Origin: Azolla caroliniana
Lineage: Eukaryota; Plantae; Polypodiophyta
Direction of reading: 5' to 3'
Assembly: GCA_043228905.1 (NCBI GenBank)
Contig: JBHGNT010000018.1
Coordinates: 11,594,001 to 11,658,000 of the forward strand
DNA length: 64,000 bases
This document shows positions 36,996-50,271 of the stretch, piece by piece (the stretch's first letter is position 1; every line of letters begins with the position of its first letter). Under the pieces are notes generated by a model. The model was not told the DNA's origin. It searched no databases and saw nothing but the letters and a program-made list of their open reading frames with translations. Both the position numbers and the translations under genes were made by a program.

Positions 36996-39900
36996 TGTGT
37001 AACCCAAATGGAGGTTCGAAGGTTCCTTGGAGCATGCGCGTTTTATCATATTTGGATTCCACACTACGCCCACATTGCTGAGCCATTATATGGTCTACTA
37101 AAGAAGAAGCGGATATTCGAATGGACGAGCGAGCATACAATCGCCATCCGAAGGCTGAAGAAATTATTGATGGAGGCACCTGAATTACGGAAAGCGAACT
37201 ATTCATACGGCAAGCCCATTTTCGTGATTGTGGATACTAGTCCAATCGGAATTGGATGGGTTATCAACCAAGAAGATGAAGATTGCAACTGATATGCAAT
37301 TCGGTTTGGCGCGAAAGTGTTAAGTGACAAGCAAAGAAGGTATGCCCAAGTGAAGAGGGAGCTATGGGGGATCGTCTCGGCAATCGAATCTGATCGTGAT
37401 TACCTTATTGGAGCAGAAGTAATAATTGAGACAGATTGCCTACCAATTTTGGTATGATATCTGGTTGTAATACACCGGATATTGCCATGTTGCGTTGGAT
37501 TGCATATATCAAATCACTCAACCCGGAGATCCGTCATGTAGCTGGGAAGCGTAATGTCGTTGCAGACATGCTATCACGAGCGAGATACGACGGAGAAGAA
37601 GATCGACATTCTGATGAAGATGATGTTGACTTGGATTGGATTTCTTTGCAAGTTCCTATGCTCGGGTGTTGACTACTTTCATAGAAGAGGACTACGAAGG
37701 TGAATTCGTGGAGATCGTGAAATACTTGAGTTCTCTCCAAAAAGATGAATCATGGTCGACGGAAGGCTTCCATCGAATTCGGAAGAAGGCATACAAGTAT
37801 TTCCTGAAGGATGGAGCTCTTTGGAGGCATGGAAAAAAGAAGAATGGGACTCCGATGAGAGTTGTCTGCAAGCTAGAAAACCAACAAAAACTAATGTCTG
37901 AATTTCATGATAGTGTTTTTGCAGGCCATCGAGGAATATGGGCTACGTTTGCGAAGCTTAAGGAGAAATATTGGTGGCCGGGCATCTACAAAGATGTAGC
38001 AGCTTATGTGGAAACATGTAAGGAATGTCAAATGTTTTCGAATATTCGCCATCGAGATGGACTTCATCCGACTTACCCATTGGCTATGCATTACAAGTGG
38101 ATGGTGGACATAGTGATGATGCCAATGGGACGATGGCAGATGAAGTATCTTGTGCTCGCGAGAGAGGATCTTACCAATCAAGTTGAAGGGCGAGCATTAA
38201 GAACTAAGGAGACATCATCGGTATGTCGATTCCTTCTTGAAGATGTTATTTGCAGATATGGATGCGTCGGCAAGATAGTGGCTGATAGAGGCGAGTTGGA
38301 CGCCAATGAAGCTAGAGAATTCTTCTTGAGGATGGGAATCAAATTATCTCTTACCATGGCGTATAATCCGGAAGCAAATGGGAAGGTGGAACGTGGACAT
38401 GGACCGATTGTGAAGGCTCTAGTGAAAGCTTGCCATGGGAAAATAGGAGAATGGCCGCGTCTATTGCCATTTGCACTATGGGCTGACAGGACTACTCATA
38501 GCACGGTGACGGGATACATGCTGGCAGAGCTCATATTCGGACAAAAGCCAATAATGCCTGTAGAACAAAGTATTATTTCATGGTTTGCATTGCCATGGCA
38601 AGATGAGATAAGTAGAGAAGATCTTCTAGCATTGAGGATTCGACGATTAGAGCGGAATTTGGAAGATATAGAGGTGGCTAAAGCGCGGCTAAAGAATGCA
38701 AGGCTAAAGAACAAGAAAGACTTCGATAAACGACATCGACTTCGGCCGAGGAAAATCGTTGAAGGAGATTGGGTGCTAGTCTATGACAACAGCCTAGATA
38801 ACGAACATAGTACGGCTCGAAAATTCTCACAACGATGGTTTCGGCCATATGTGGTGAAGAAAGTGGAAGATAATGCAACATATCATTTAGTAGAACTAGA
38901 TGGTACACCACTTGCCTTGCCAATTGCCGGTAAAAGAATCAAGATCTTCAAGAGAAGAGATAGACTAGAAATTAGATTCGAAGCTTTTGACGATTCAGTC
39001 TTAAGCATCGATGAAAAAGTATAGTAAACAAAAATGAATCCTCACCAAAATTGGCACATACCGGTGGATGTGCAGGTTTGGTGGGGGTAAATGTCGTGTG
39101 AATCTTCACACACTATGTAAAAAAAAATGAAATAATTATTACAAATTAGATTAGTAGCTTACTATAGAAAGATGGATATACTCAAGAGCTTCAAAACGTT
39201 TTTTACTATATACAAAATGGAGAAATACATATCAAGTTATGTGAAAATAAAGTTTGAGAAGATAGGAAAATTAGAACTATCCCACATAGATAGGAAAGTT
39301 AAGGCCCTGGCTATATAAGCACCTTGACCTCCCTCATTCTTCATTTGTGCTAAGAGCACTTTGGCCACTTTGTCTTAATGGACGATGGTGGACAAATTCC
39401 CTAAAACCGGAAACCGGCCGGTAAACAAATCCGGAAACTGGTCGGTAAGCAAATCTAGAAACCGGTCTGGTAAGCAAATCCGGAAACCGGTCCAGTAAGC
39501 AAATCCGGAAATCGGCCGGCAAGCAAAACCGGAACCGGAACCGGCAAGCAAAACTGAAAACCAGTCGGCAAGCAAAACCGGAAACCGGTTGGTATGCAAA
39601 ATGGAACCGGAACCGGCAAGCAAAACCAGAACCGGAACCGGCAAGCAAAACTGGAAACCGGCCGGTATGCAAAACGGAAACCGGACAGTAAGCAAAACCA
39701 GAACCGGAATCGGTATGCAAACCGGAAATTGGCCGGTAAGCAAAACCGGAACCGGCTGGCAAGCAAAATGGAACCGGCTACCGGACGAGGTTGGACGCAG
39801 ACGGACGAAAGATTGGATCATGCTACAAACTAAAGTAAAGTGAAGAGAACTAAAGTAAAGGCCATGTGGACGCAAGCAACTAAAGTTGGAGTGCATGCAA

Positions 39901-41162
39901 AAAGTAAAGTTCATGTGGACGGTCACATGCAACTAAAAGTAGAGGCCATGCAACAAAAAGTGGAAAGGCTATGATCAAGGGAGAACTCTATATATATTCC
40001 ATTTTTCTTCTTACACTCATATGCTCTCTCCATATTATATTGTTCTTTTCCTTCGGAGCTCGCTTATCTTATCGAAGCCAAGAACCCTAAATTTCCTTAC
40101 GAAAGTCATAAACCCTAATTTCCTAATCAAAGCCATATAACTCAAAAACCCTAATTTTCGAATTGAAGCTAAAAACCCTAATATTCTAATTAAATCCATA
40201 TTTCATTTCTTCTAATCTATTACTCTAGTCATCTCCATTAGCAAATTTTTGTAATCCCAATCTTGGGATTAATTGTAATCTTTCTTTCCCTTTATTAATG
40301 AAATTTGTGAATCTTTATCATTTTGTATTAATTGTTTAATATAATCATACGAATCTGATATCTTCCGGTCGGAGGCCCCGGGGTCCTGCCTCAAAGTCCA
40401 CGTATCCTCGTCGTATTTTCGCGACATCGTTAGCAACCACAGAGGATCACATTGTTCTACATCTATATACTCTTCTTGCCCTAAGTGTATTTATACTTAC
40501 ACCATGTAGGGGCTATTTACAAATGTAGCCACTACTACACATCACTACTATTATTATCTATAATAATAAGTAGCCATCAGTCGACCCTAGTGTTGACTAT
40601 CCAACCGGTCTGACTAGTCGGCCTAGTCATCGACCATCCGATCAGCCCGACTAGTCGGTCGCGTCTTTGACCTGGATCTCCTTTCTGTCGACTCACCCAG
40701 TTGACTTTCTCGTAGTCGACTCTCCAACCATCAATACTCGGCCCGAACAGTTTGCTCCTCTTTGTCTTCGACTATCGACACTTCTTGGCCCGAACAGTTG
40801 GCTCCTCCCATTAGAGGGACATATTCCTAACACATTGCACATTGATCCCACATGCCTTGATCATCTCATCTCTGTTGTCGGCTCCTTCTTCGTTGTTGTC
40901 CGGCATTCTTTTTCCTTTATATGCATCATCCAGAAACTATGATGATAATGCTCGGAGGCATCGTCAATATGCCATTGTCATCATTTCTCACACATCTCTT
41001 GTACATCATTGATTCGATTTCTTGCTCACTCGCACATACTTCTACCGCATATCATTCTGTGACTTCCTCCCGCACATCATCACCGCATATCATTCGTCAA
41101 CTTCCTCTCTCACATTGTAGCACAACGTATCATTTGTCGACTCCGTCTCCAAAGGGGATTCG

Positions 41163-41177
41163 CCGTTGTGGTTGCCA
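41163..41177 (-). other. PBS of element D (tRNA-Arg(UCG)-like, degenerate)
   Basis: TGGCAACCACAACGG, 5 nt from the LTR, compared with recalled TGGCGACCACAGTGG. Confidence 0.6.
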
Positions 41178-41182
41178 AAAAG

Positions 41183-41362
41183 TGTTATAGGGTTAGGGTT
41201 AGGGTTATTGATAATGATGGCGGTAGAAATAGGGTTAGTGATGATGATGGAAATGATGATGGTGTTGAGAATCATTGTGGGGTGGGAGGTGGTGCCTAGA
41301 ATGGCTCCATCCCCCTCCCAAGGGGTTCAACGTGAGAGAGGGAGAGTGAAGAGAAAAGATGT

Positions 41363-41432
<70 letters not shown>

Positions 41433-41587
41433 TAATGTTTCATTCATTCCCCATAAGGGGGTTAAATAGTTACAAAAGGGGTAGATACATAGGGGTGCAA
41501 GCCTCCTTGGCCATTCACGCTAATCACTCACTCACACCTCTTCTTATCTATCCACTCACACTTAGATTCACACTCATAATCGTATAC
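41183..41587 (-). repeat. 5' LTR of element D, interrupted at 41588; contains (GA)~30 at 41367-41426
   Basis: Direct repeat of 10576-10937. Confidence 0.9.
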
Positions 41588-42545
41588 TGTTGAGCAAGCT
41601 AGCTCAATAGGATCCGGATCAACTAAATAAGCTAGAGCCGGATCGGTATCCAAAACGGAGAACCGGATCGGTGTCCAGATGATATCCAGAATCAAGAGCG
41701 ATTTCGGAGAGCTAGATCAGATTGAAACCGGGAGGCTGTTAGAGGCCTACAGATCCAGCCTAGTACGTAATCATATTTTTGGGAGTTAGTGTCAATCGCT
41801 CGTATGAGCATTGAAGTACCTGTCATTACTTTTGTCAGTTCTTTATGGACTTGTATAAAAGTGCTCTCTGAGCACATTCTATGTATAGATGATTATTATT
41901 ATTTAATTGAGTTTATGTTCTACTCTCTCTGTCTCTCCCGTGTATTCTTTGTGTAAGGTGTCCATTAAACCTTCTTCTCTACATTCTGTTGGTATCTGGC
42001 TGAACCGGTTTGTCATACGCTTTCGCATATTAACTTTCACATGGTATCAAAACACAAGGGTTGAGACTCCTCTGTAGCCGACAGATGCTTTCGAAGACAA
42101 ACCCCAACACTCGGTGAAGAGTAAAAGAGAACCAAGACAGATAGAGGTATGGAAAGTTTGCTTCCCACAGAAAATCTTGACTGGAGCAACTATGCATCCT
42201 GGTCATATAAAATGCACTAGTACCTATTGGGGCATGGTTACTGGAGCTATGTGGAACGAACAAACAATGTAGCGCCAGAGCCGACACACAAGGACTTCTC
42301 GCATGGGAACAAGGAGCGAGTAGAGTGTTGTACTGCCTCGCATCCTGTGTGCATGATTAAATGCTCGGCTATATCAAGGATGCAAAAACACCGAAGGAGG
42401 CCTGGGTAAATCTTCAGAAGATTTTCGCAGCAAGTACCACAACCCGTAAGTTGCAGCTCCAACAAGAGTTGGATAACATCCAATAGAGAGATATGTCAGT
42501 TACGGAGTACACCACCAAAATAAAGGAGATTTGTGACACGCTCGG
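41588..42545 (+). mobile_element. Ty1/Copia element E (family of A): 5' LTR, PBS and gag start; remainder displaced beyond the window
   Basis: LTR 41588-42041; PBS TGGTATCA at 42042; degenerate gag (NYASWSYKM...LLGHGYWSYVE...KIKEICD) from ~42148. Confidence 0.85.
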
Positions 42546-42940
42546 TGTTACGAAGGCTCTCTTCTTTATGCATAGGGGATCGTTTAGTGCTCAAGACAGA
42601 AAAGGAAGTGGAAGGAGACTTACCTCTATAGCAAAACAAAAGCTTCTATTCCATTACACGCAGAGCTCAACTTGCTCTCGTCTGTTTTCTGTTTGCTATT
42701 CTTACAACTACTCTCTTACTTTTTACCTAAGTTATAAGTGACTTATATATGCAGCTAATTAGTTGTGAATAGCTAATTAGTTGTGAGTAGCTAAATAGTT
42801 GTGCATAACTAAATAGTTGTTTCACCTTTATGTCCACTAGTAGTTAATTTCCAAATAGCTACTATAGAAGATCTCACTTACCAATATGCATCACATACCT
42901 TTGTTGAGCTTGTTTCTCAACACTCCCCCTCAAGCTCAAC

Positions 42941-45900
42941 TTATCCTTTCTTGAGGTCATCTTTAGTCTTCTTTTCTTCATGCTTTTCAGCTATCATACC
43001 AATGCTTATAACTCCCATCATGTCTCTAAACTGTGTATGTTTTTCCATGCTCAATCCCTTTGTAAGAATATCAGCCACTTGCTTATTTGTACTTACATAC
43101 AATAGATCCACTTCTCCATCAATCACTTTTTCTCTAACAAAGTGATAATGCACTTGAATGTGCTTTGTTCTTGCATGGAACACTGGGTTTTTTCCCAGCT
43201 GAATGTTGCTCATATTGTCACACCAAATTGTGAGTGCACCATCTATATATTCTCCCATACCTCTTCACAGGTGGCTATTGCAACTCCTCTATATTCAGCT
43301 TCAGTACTCAATAATGCAACAATAGGTTGTTTCTTGCTACTCCATGAAATAGCTGCACTTCCCAATGTCAACATATATCCACTTGTGTATCTTCTGTTAG
43401 TTTGGCTTCTAGCCCAATCAACATCTGTACATCCTTCCAACTTTATGTCCAAATCAGCCTTGTAAAACAGTCCATAGTTCTAAGTAGCTTTTACATACCT
43501 CAAGATTCTTCTAATGCAGTCCAAGTGTGGCTTTGTTGGCTGTTGCATAAACTGGCGGACTAATCCAACTACATAACTCAAATCACGTCTTGCTATAGTC
43601 AAATATATGAGGTTGCCCACCATAGATCTGTACATGTTTACATATTCTATTTTGGCTCCCAAATCAACCCTCAATTTGCAGTTTTTATCTAGTGTTACAT
43701 CAATAGGTTTGCATCCAAGTATACCATACTTCTTCAACATAGTTGTTGCATACCGTTTTTGCAACATATATATACCACTTTCAGATCTGATTATCTCAAT
43801 GCCAAGAAAGTATCTCAGGTCTCCCAAATCTTTCATATGAAATTGCATTTTAGGATTTTTCTGAAGCTTCCTTATTTCATCCATAGAATCACCTCCGATG
43901 ATTAAATCATCTACATAAATCTAAATCACAACAATGCAATCATTTATCCTTTTTACATATAATGATGGATCAGCCTTTGACATTTTGAAAGAATTTGTTT
44001 TTAGAGATTCTGAAAGTTCTTTATGCCATGCTCTTGGTGCTTGTTTTAGTCCATAGAGAGCCTTTTTCAGCCTACATACATATTCTGGATGCTTCTTATC
44101 TTCAAAGCCTGGTGGTTGACACATATACACTTCTTCTTCTAAGTTACCATGTAAAAAAGCATTTTTTACATCCATATGGTGCAAAACCCATCTTTTAGCT
44201 GCACTCACAGCAAGTAGTGTCCTCAATGTTGCCATCTTTGAAACCGGTGCAAATGTTTCATCATAATCAATTCCTTGCATTTCGGCATATCCCTTTGCAA
44301 CAAGTCTTGCTTTATGTCTGTAACTAACATTTCCATTTGAATCATGCTTTGTTTTGTAGACCCATTTGCAACCTACAACATTTTTTTCTTTTGTTAACTT
44401 CACCAAATCCCATATTGTGTTTTTAGCCAATGCATCTATTTCTTCTTGCATTGCATTCACTCATTTTTTATCAGATTTTGCTTCATCAAAATTATTTGGA
44501 TCAGGGATTTGTACCACTTTAGACATGTATGCATAATGCATAGCCATATATGTATCATAACCAAATCTTTCAACAATCTTTTTCTCTCTATCTGATCTTC
44601 TTAGTTTCTGATTAGCATCTTTCATTGCCTTTTCCATACCAGGGATTTTCAGGGCTCCTATACCAAGCTCATCATCCAATGATGTATCTGAATCTACATC
44701 GTCCATTTTTCTAGATCCATCATCAAGCATTTCATATTATGGCATCTTTTATTTTCCCTTTCTATCATCATATTTTTTGTGTCCTACATTTTTTCCGCTC
44801 CGAGCATTAGATTCTGATTTACTACCAGAGTTTTTAGATGGTCCGGAACATTCTATTGATGTTTGTAAAGAATCAAGAGATGGATTCTTGTGAAGCGGAA
44901 TAGGTGTGAATTGTGTGTGTATGAGATAGATAGAGAGAGAGACACAGAGTATACGCAAGGTTAAGTATATTAGCAAAGGAGAAAGACTCAACCTTGTACA
45001 AGGTGGGAGGAGGGTGCTTTATGTAGTCACCCTCTCTCTTCATTAACTACAAGACTCATGGAGCATGGGGAATGTGAAAGCTCATAAGTTATGTGTCATA
45101 GAATATGATTCTATGACTCATACTAAATGCTAGAATACAAAGTGGTGACATAATGGTGACTCTTGACCGTTGAGGTGTCTCTTCACTCTCAAGGTGAGTT
45201 CACACACTAGACCAAGTTGAGCTTGATTCTCAACACGCCCCCTCAAGCTCAAGTCGGGTCGGTTTCAGACGGTATCCGAAATCCGCTTCAATTCACGTTC
45301 GGGAGTCAGCGTCGACTCGCGTCGACTCGCGTTATGCGGAGTTGCGGAATCCGTTCTCCAGCTTGTGGTGTGCATAGTTACGAAATCTGTGCTTCGACTT
45401 GCGTCTTTCTTCGTGGCTTTGCGTGGTAGATCGGCTCTTCACTGCTACGTTGCCTAGTTGCGGAATCTACGCGTTATTGCGTAGTGTCTTCAATACTCCC
45501 CCTCAAGCTTGGCAGGTCAGGGTTCGTCAATCCGGAATAGGTGTGAACTGTGTGTGTATGTGTGTATGAGATAGAGAGAGAGAGAGACACAGAGTATACG
45601 CAAGGTTAAGTATATTAGCGAAGGAGAAAGACTCAACCTTGTACAAGGTGGAAGGAGGGTGCTTTATGTAGTCACCCTCTCTCTTCATTAACTACAAGAC
45701 TCATGGAGCATGGGGAATGTGAAAGCTCATAAGTTATGTGTCATAGAATATGATTCTATGACTTATACTAAATGCTAGAATACAAAGTGGTGACATAATG
45801 GTGACTCTTGATCGTTGTGTCTCTTCACTCTCAAGGTGAGTTCACACAATAGACCAAGTTGAGCTTGATTCTCAACAATGTTGAACTTTGCTATCCAACA

Positions 45901-48296
45901 TTGTTTCCATTTCCATGGGAATCTCTTCCATTTTCAGATTTTTCTCCGTCTTCATTTTCACAATCTTCATTAGTTTCTACATTTCCTTTTGGGTTGTACC
46001 AACTGCCCAAGTCATCAAATAATACATCATGGCTTATCACAATCTTTTTTGTTAATGGGTTATAGCATCTATACCCTTTTTGCTCCTCTGAATATCCAAC
46101 AGGAACACATTTTTTAGCTTTTGGATCAAGCTTACTTCTTACTTCAGCAGGTACATGAACATAGGCAAGGCATCCAAACACTTTTAAGTGTCCTAAACTA
46201 GGTTTCCTTCCATGGAAACATTCTTCAAGAGTTACTTCATGTACTTCAGATGTTATACATCTATTTAGAATGAAGTTTGTTGTGTTTACAGCTTCTGCCC
46301 AGTCATACAATGGCATATTCTTTTCAGTCATTAAGGCTCTTGCTATGTTCACCAATGTTCTGTTTTTTTCTCTCAGCAACTCCATTTTGGTGTGGAGTAT
46401 ATCTACATCTAAACTGCCTCCTTATTCCTTGATTACATAGAAAATCAGAAAATTCATTTGAGAAATATTCTCCTCCTCCATCAGATCTTAAACATTTTAT
46501 TCTAGTTCCAGCCTGCTTTTCTACCATGCATTTAAACTTACGAAGCAATCAAATACTTCACTTTTTTCTTTCATGAAGTAAACCCATGTTTTCCTTGAGC
46601 AATCATCAATAAACGTTACATAAAACTTACATCCACTAATTGATACATTTTTAGTTGGTCCCCATACATCTGTATATACCAACTCCAAAAACATTTTCCT
46701 TACATGTCTTTCACGAGGAAAAGGTATCCTGTTTTTGCTTTCCATATTGGCATGTTTCACATATTTTGCTCATCTCACAGTCTTTTAACTTAGGCAGTCC
46801 AGCCATTGCATTTTTCCTCAATATAATTTTCAAGGTTTGCATACTTATGTGACCGATTCTTCTTTTATGCCACATTTCCACATCTGAGATTACACTCATT
46901 CCATCTGCAAACATGATTGTAATCATTTTAGGCATATCCACATCTAACACAAACATCCTTCATTGTCATTTTCCTTTTGCAATAAGCCTTCCCTGTTTCT
47001 CTATAAAGCATCCACTTTGCTTAAACTTAACTTGCATTCCTTGCTCTACTATTTGTCCAACAGAAATCAGATTTTTTGCAAGGATTGGAACATGCATCAC
47101 ATTCAACATATTCTTTGTTTTTCCTTTTTCTTCCCACAATGGGATATCTCCAACATGCTTGATTGTATGAGTCGTGTTATCACCTGTTTATACATAACCA
47201 GGAATCACTGGTTCTCTTAAACTTTCAAACCAATTTGCATGTCCTGTCATATGATTAGATGCCCCAGAATCTACATACCACATATAATCTTCATTGCATC
47301 TCTGTGAACATTCAACCATTGTTGTTGTTTCATGTTGCATAACAAATGCACCATCTTTATCACGGTCTTCACTAGTTGAAGCATAATTATTTTGCTGTCT
47401 CTTCCCTCTTTTTTCATCATTTTGCTTTCCATAGCATTCAGCCTGTGTATGGCCTAGTTTTCCACAATACCAACAACCATCATCATTCAAATAGGTTTGC
47501 TTACCTCTACCTCGATTGCTCCCCCTGCCTCTAGTGTTGTTTCTTCCACTTGTAGCCTGTTGTCCTCTTCCTTGAATTGTTGTTGGTTCTAGCTGAACGA
47601 AATCTTCCATGGCCACTTCCTTGGCCTCTTCCACCACTATTGTAGAGGGCTTGTCCCTCCGTCTCAGATTTTCCTTTGTTTACATCATCCATTTGATTTC
47701 TTTCTTCCACCACAAGCATTGAAACCAGATCTGGAAAACTTGGGATGCTATCCCTTATGAGAATAGATGTTTTGAAGCTTTTATATTGAGGTTCTAACCC
47801 TCTTAAGCATATTTCCACCTTATCATCATCTTCTACCTTCACATTAATAGAAGCAAGTGATTCACATATGCTCTTTATTTTCAGAGCATACTCATTAACT
47901 AACATCTTACCTTTTTCCAAGGTATTTAGCTCAGTCTTCAACTGAAGCTTTCTAGCCTGTGTTTACTGCAAACAGTTTTACCAAACTATCCCAAGCTTCT
48001 TTTGGAAGCGAAGCATCCTATATGTGTCCAAGCATCGAATCTGAGATGCTAAGTGACAACCAATGCAATACTTTCCTTGCCCCTTGATTCCATTCCTTAA
48101 ATGCTTTAATCTGTGCAGCAATTGCATTTTCTTTAGGGATCTCTGGAGCCTCTTCTAGGTCTCCTTCAATGTAATCCCAGTATCCTTTTCCCATCAAGAA
48201 ATTTGTCATTCTGAATTTGCACGCATGGAAATTGTTTTTGTCCAACTTTTTTGTGACTATTTGGCTTCCATTCTGAGCAACCATTCTCTCTTTCAA
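42941..48296 (-). pseudogene. Copia K gag-pol, fragmented, interrupted by F
   Basis: [53 protein letters not shown]. Confidence 0.92.
44864..45877 (-). mobile_element. Internally deleted Copia element F (~1 kb), TSD ATGTT
   Basis: Complete LTR 44864-45235; PPT 45236-45246; short 3' region with the pol tail (PDLPSLRGS); truncated LTR ~45533-45877; ATGTT at 44859-44863 and 45878-45882. Confidence 0.88.
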
Positions 48297-49367
48297 ATTA
48301 GGGCTTTTGTTACGATTAACTTCACAGACAACTCTCTAATTCAGACCAGCAACTAGAACCAAACTTCTCACATTTGTAGTGTTCCTCTTTACGAGCAACT
48401 CTGCTCTAATACCATGTTACGAAGGCGCTCCAGCTCTTCTTTGTGCACCCGTGGATCGTGATGTGCTGGATCATTTAGTGCTCAAGACAGTAAAGGAAGG
48501 GGAAGAGACTTAATACCTCTATAGCAAAACAAAAGCTTCTATTCCATTACACGCAGGCTCAACTTGCTCTTGTCTATTTTCTGTTATCTGTTCTTACAAC
48601 TACTCTCTTACTTTTTTACCTAAGTTATAAGTGACTTATATATGCAGCTAATTAGTTGTGACTAGCTAAATAGTTGTTTCACCTTTATGTCCTCTAGTAG
48701 CTAATTTCCTAATAACTACTATAGAAGATCTCACTTACCAATATGCATCACATCCTTTGTGACAAGAACTATGCGGAATAATCTTTGGCCACAACCGAGA
48801 CTTAGATCACTTCAATGATAATCAAACACAGAAAGATAAGAAATGGAAGTAAGTACACAGACAAAAGAGAATGCACAGGATGTTGACGTGGAAAACCCTC
48901 AATGGGAAAAACCACGGTAGTTCACAAACTCCAACTATCACTATGTAGAGAGGAATACAACAAATGAACAAAGAGGCCAGGACCTCTTGCTCTCAATCTT
49001 CACCTGGCGGCGGTTACAACAGAGACTCACTCTATCTCTCTCTCTCTCTCTCTCACTCTCTCTCTCTCTCTCTCTCTTTCTTTTCCTCTGCTACGCTCTG
49101 TACAACAGTTACACCAATAACTCTATACAAATTAATGACAACTCAGTGATAACAACATTGTTTGCCCTAGGTCATATTTATACTAATATGACTTTCGGGC
49201 TATTCACAAATATAGCCCCAGTGGGCTCTCTGGAACATATTTACATATATGTGCCTTCATCCGGTGAGAGGTTCTCACCGGGCCTTCATCATCCAGTTCT
49301 CACTGGGTCTTCCTTGCCGGGTACTCATATCCCATCCGAGGGACCGAAATCCTAACAAACTCCCCCT

Positions 49368-50271
49368 TCACTCCGGCATGGGATGTCTGGTTAGTCCAAT
49401 TCGCTTCTGGCATGCGTCCAGCTTGTTGGGTGTCAGCACCTTGGTCAGCATATCCGATCCATTCTCCTCCGTGTGGATATTTGTCAACATGAACTCTCGA
49501 TCTTCCACACGTTCCCGGATCCAGTGGTACCTCCGCTGGATGTGCTTCGTCCTAGAATGATACGTCACGTTCTTCGCAAGGTGGATGGCACTTTGACTGT
49601 CGCAATAGAGCCGGTATTCCTCTTGCCGGATCCCTAGCACTCCGATGAAGTCCTTCATCCATAATATTTCCTTGCCGGCTTCCACGGCTGCCATGTACTC
49701 CGCCTCTATAGTTGACAACACAACCGTCTTTTGCAGCCTCGACTGCCACGAAACAACTCCCCCTACATATGTCATAACATATCCCGATGTTGACCAGCTG
49801 GTATCCGCATCAGCCGACATATCCGAATCGGTGAAACCATCAAATTAGGGTTTACCAGAGCCAAATTGGAGGCACATACTTGAGGTGCCTTTCAAGTACC
49901 GGAGTATCCATCTTACCACATTCTAGTGCTCCTTGCCGGGATTGCTCATAAAACGGCTCACCACTCCGACTGCGTATCCGATATCCGGTCGGGTACACAC
50001 CATTGCGTACATTAAGCTCCCGATGGCAGAGGCATATGGTATCTTCATCATATCCGCCTTCTCTACCTTCGTCTTCGGGCTTTGCTAACCGGATAACCTG
50101 TAGTTTGCTGGGAGTGTCGATCCGACCGGTTTCACATCTAACATGTTGAACCGCTGAAGCACCTTTGTCATGTACTTCTCTTGTGACAGCCACAATTGCT
50201 TCTTTGACCGGTCCCAGATGATATGCATCCCTAGTATCTGTCTTGCCGGACCCAAGTCTTTCATTGAGAAG
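49368..50271 (-). pseudogene. pol: Copia L RT C-terminus and RNase H
   Basis: STSGYVMT, KHIQRRYHW, SDMLTK; in-frame stops. Confidence 0.9.

Larger units (their letters stand above)
30231..39024 (+). pseudogene. pol: Gypsy J pol (RT 30231-31673; RH-IN 37001-39024), split by Copia G; 13-bp duplication near 30575
   Basis: DLYSGYDQ, PFLDD, VDTSPIGIG, GHRG, NPEANGKVERGH. Confidence 0.92.
26610..40426 (+). mobile_element. Ty3/Gypsy element J, tRNA-Trp primed, 4-bp TSD TCGT, interrupted by G
   Basis: LTRs 26610-28000 and 39092-40426; PBS 28005-28022; TCGT at 26606-26609 and 40427-40430. The empty site is visible in the sister LTR near 11300. Confidence 0.96.
11042..40832 (-). mobile_element. Ty1/Copia element H (Tork/Tnt1-like), TSD CATTG, hosting B, C, J and G
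   Basis: 3' LTR 11042-11601; PPT 11602-11612; tRNA-iMet PBS at 26309-26320; 5' LTR 26324-26609 + 40431-40832; CATTG at 11037-11041 and 40833-40837. Confidence 0.93.
10576..41587 (-). mobile_element. TRIM-like non-autonomous LTR element D (~1.25 kb once nested Copia H is removed; 5' LTR cut by Copia E)
   Basis: LTRs 10576-11010 and 41183-41587(+). Internal region is 11011-11041 + 40838-41182, ~375 bp, non-coding. PBS-like TGGCAACCACA on the minus strand at 41177. Confidence 0.85.
42546..48759 (-). mobile_element. Ty1/Copia element K (relative of B); 5' LTR interrupted by L
   Basis: 3' LTR 42546-42922; PPT from 42923; PBS 48403-48414; 5' LTR from 48415. Confidence 0.92.

Noticed and set aside
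41189-41207. Interstitial telomeric repeat (GGGTTA)3
   Set aside because: Only three units and part of the D LTR terminus; at most a telobox-like motif.
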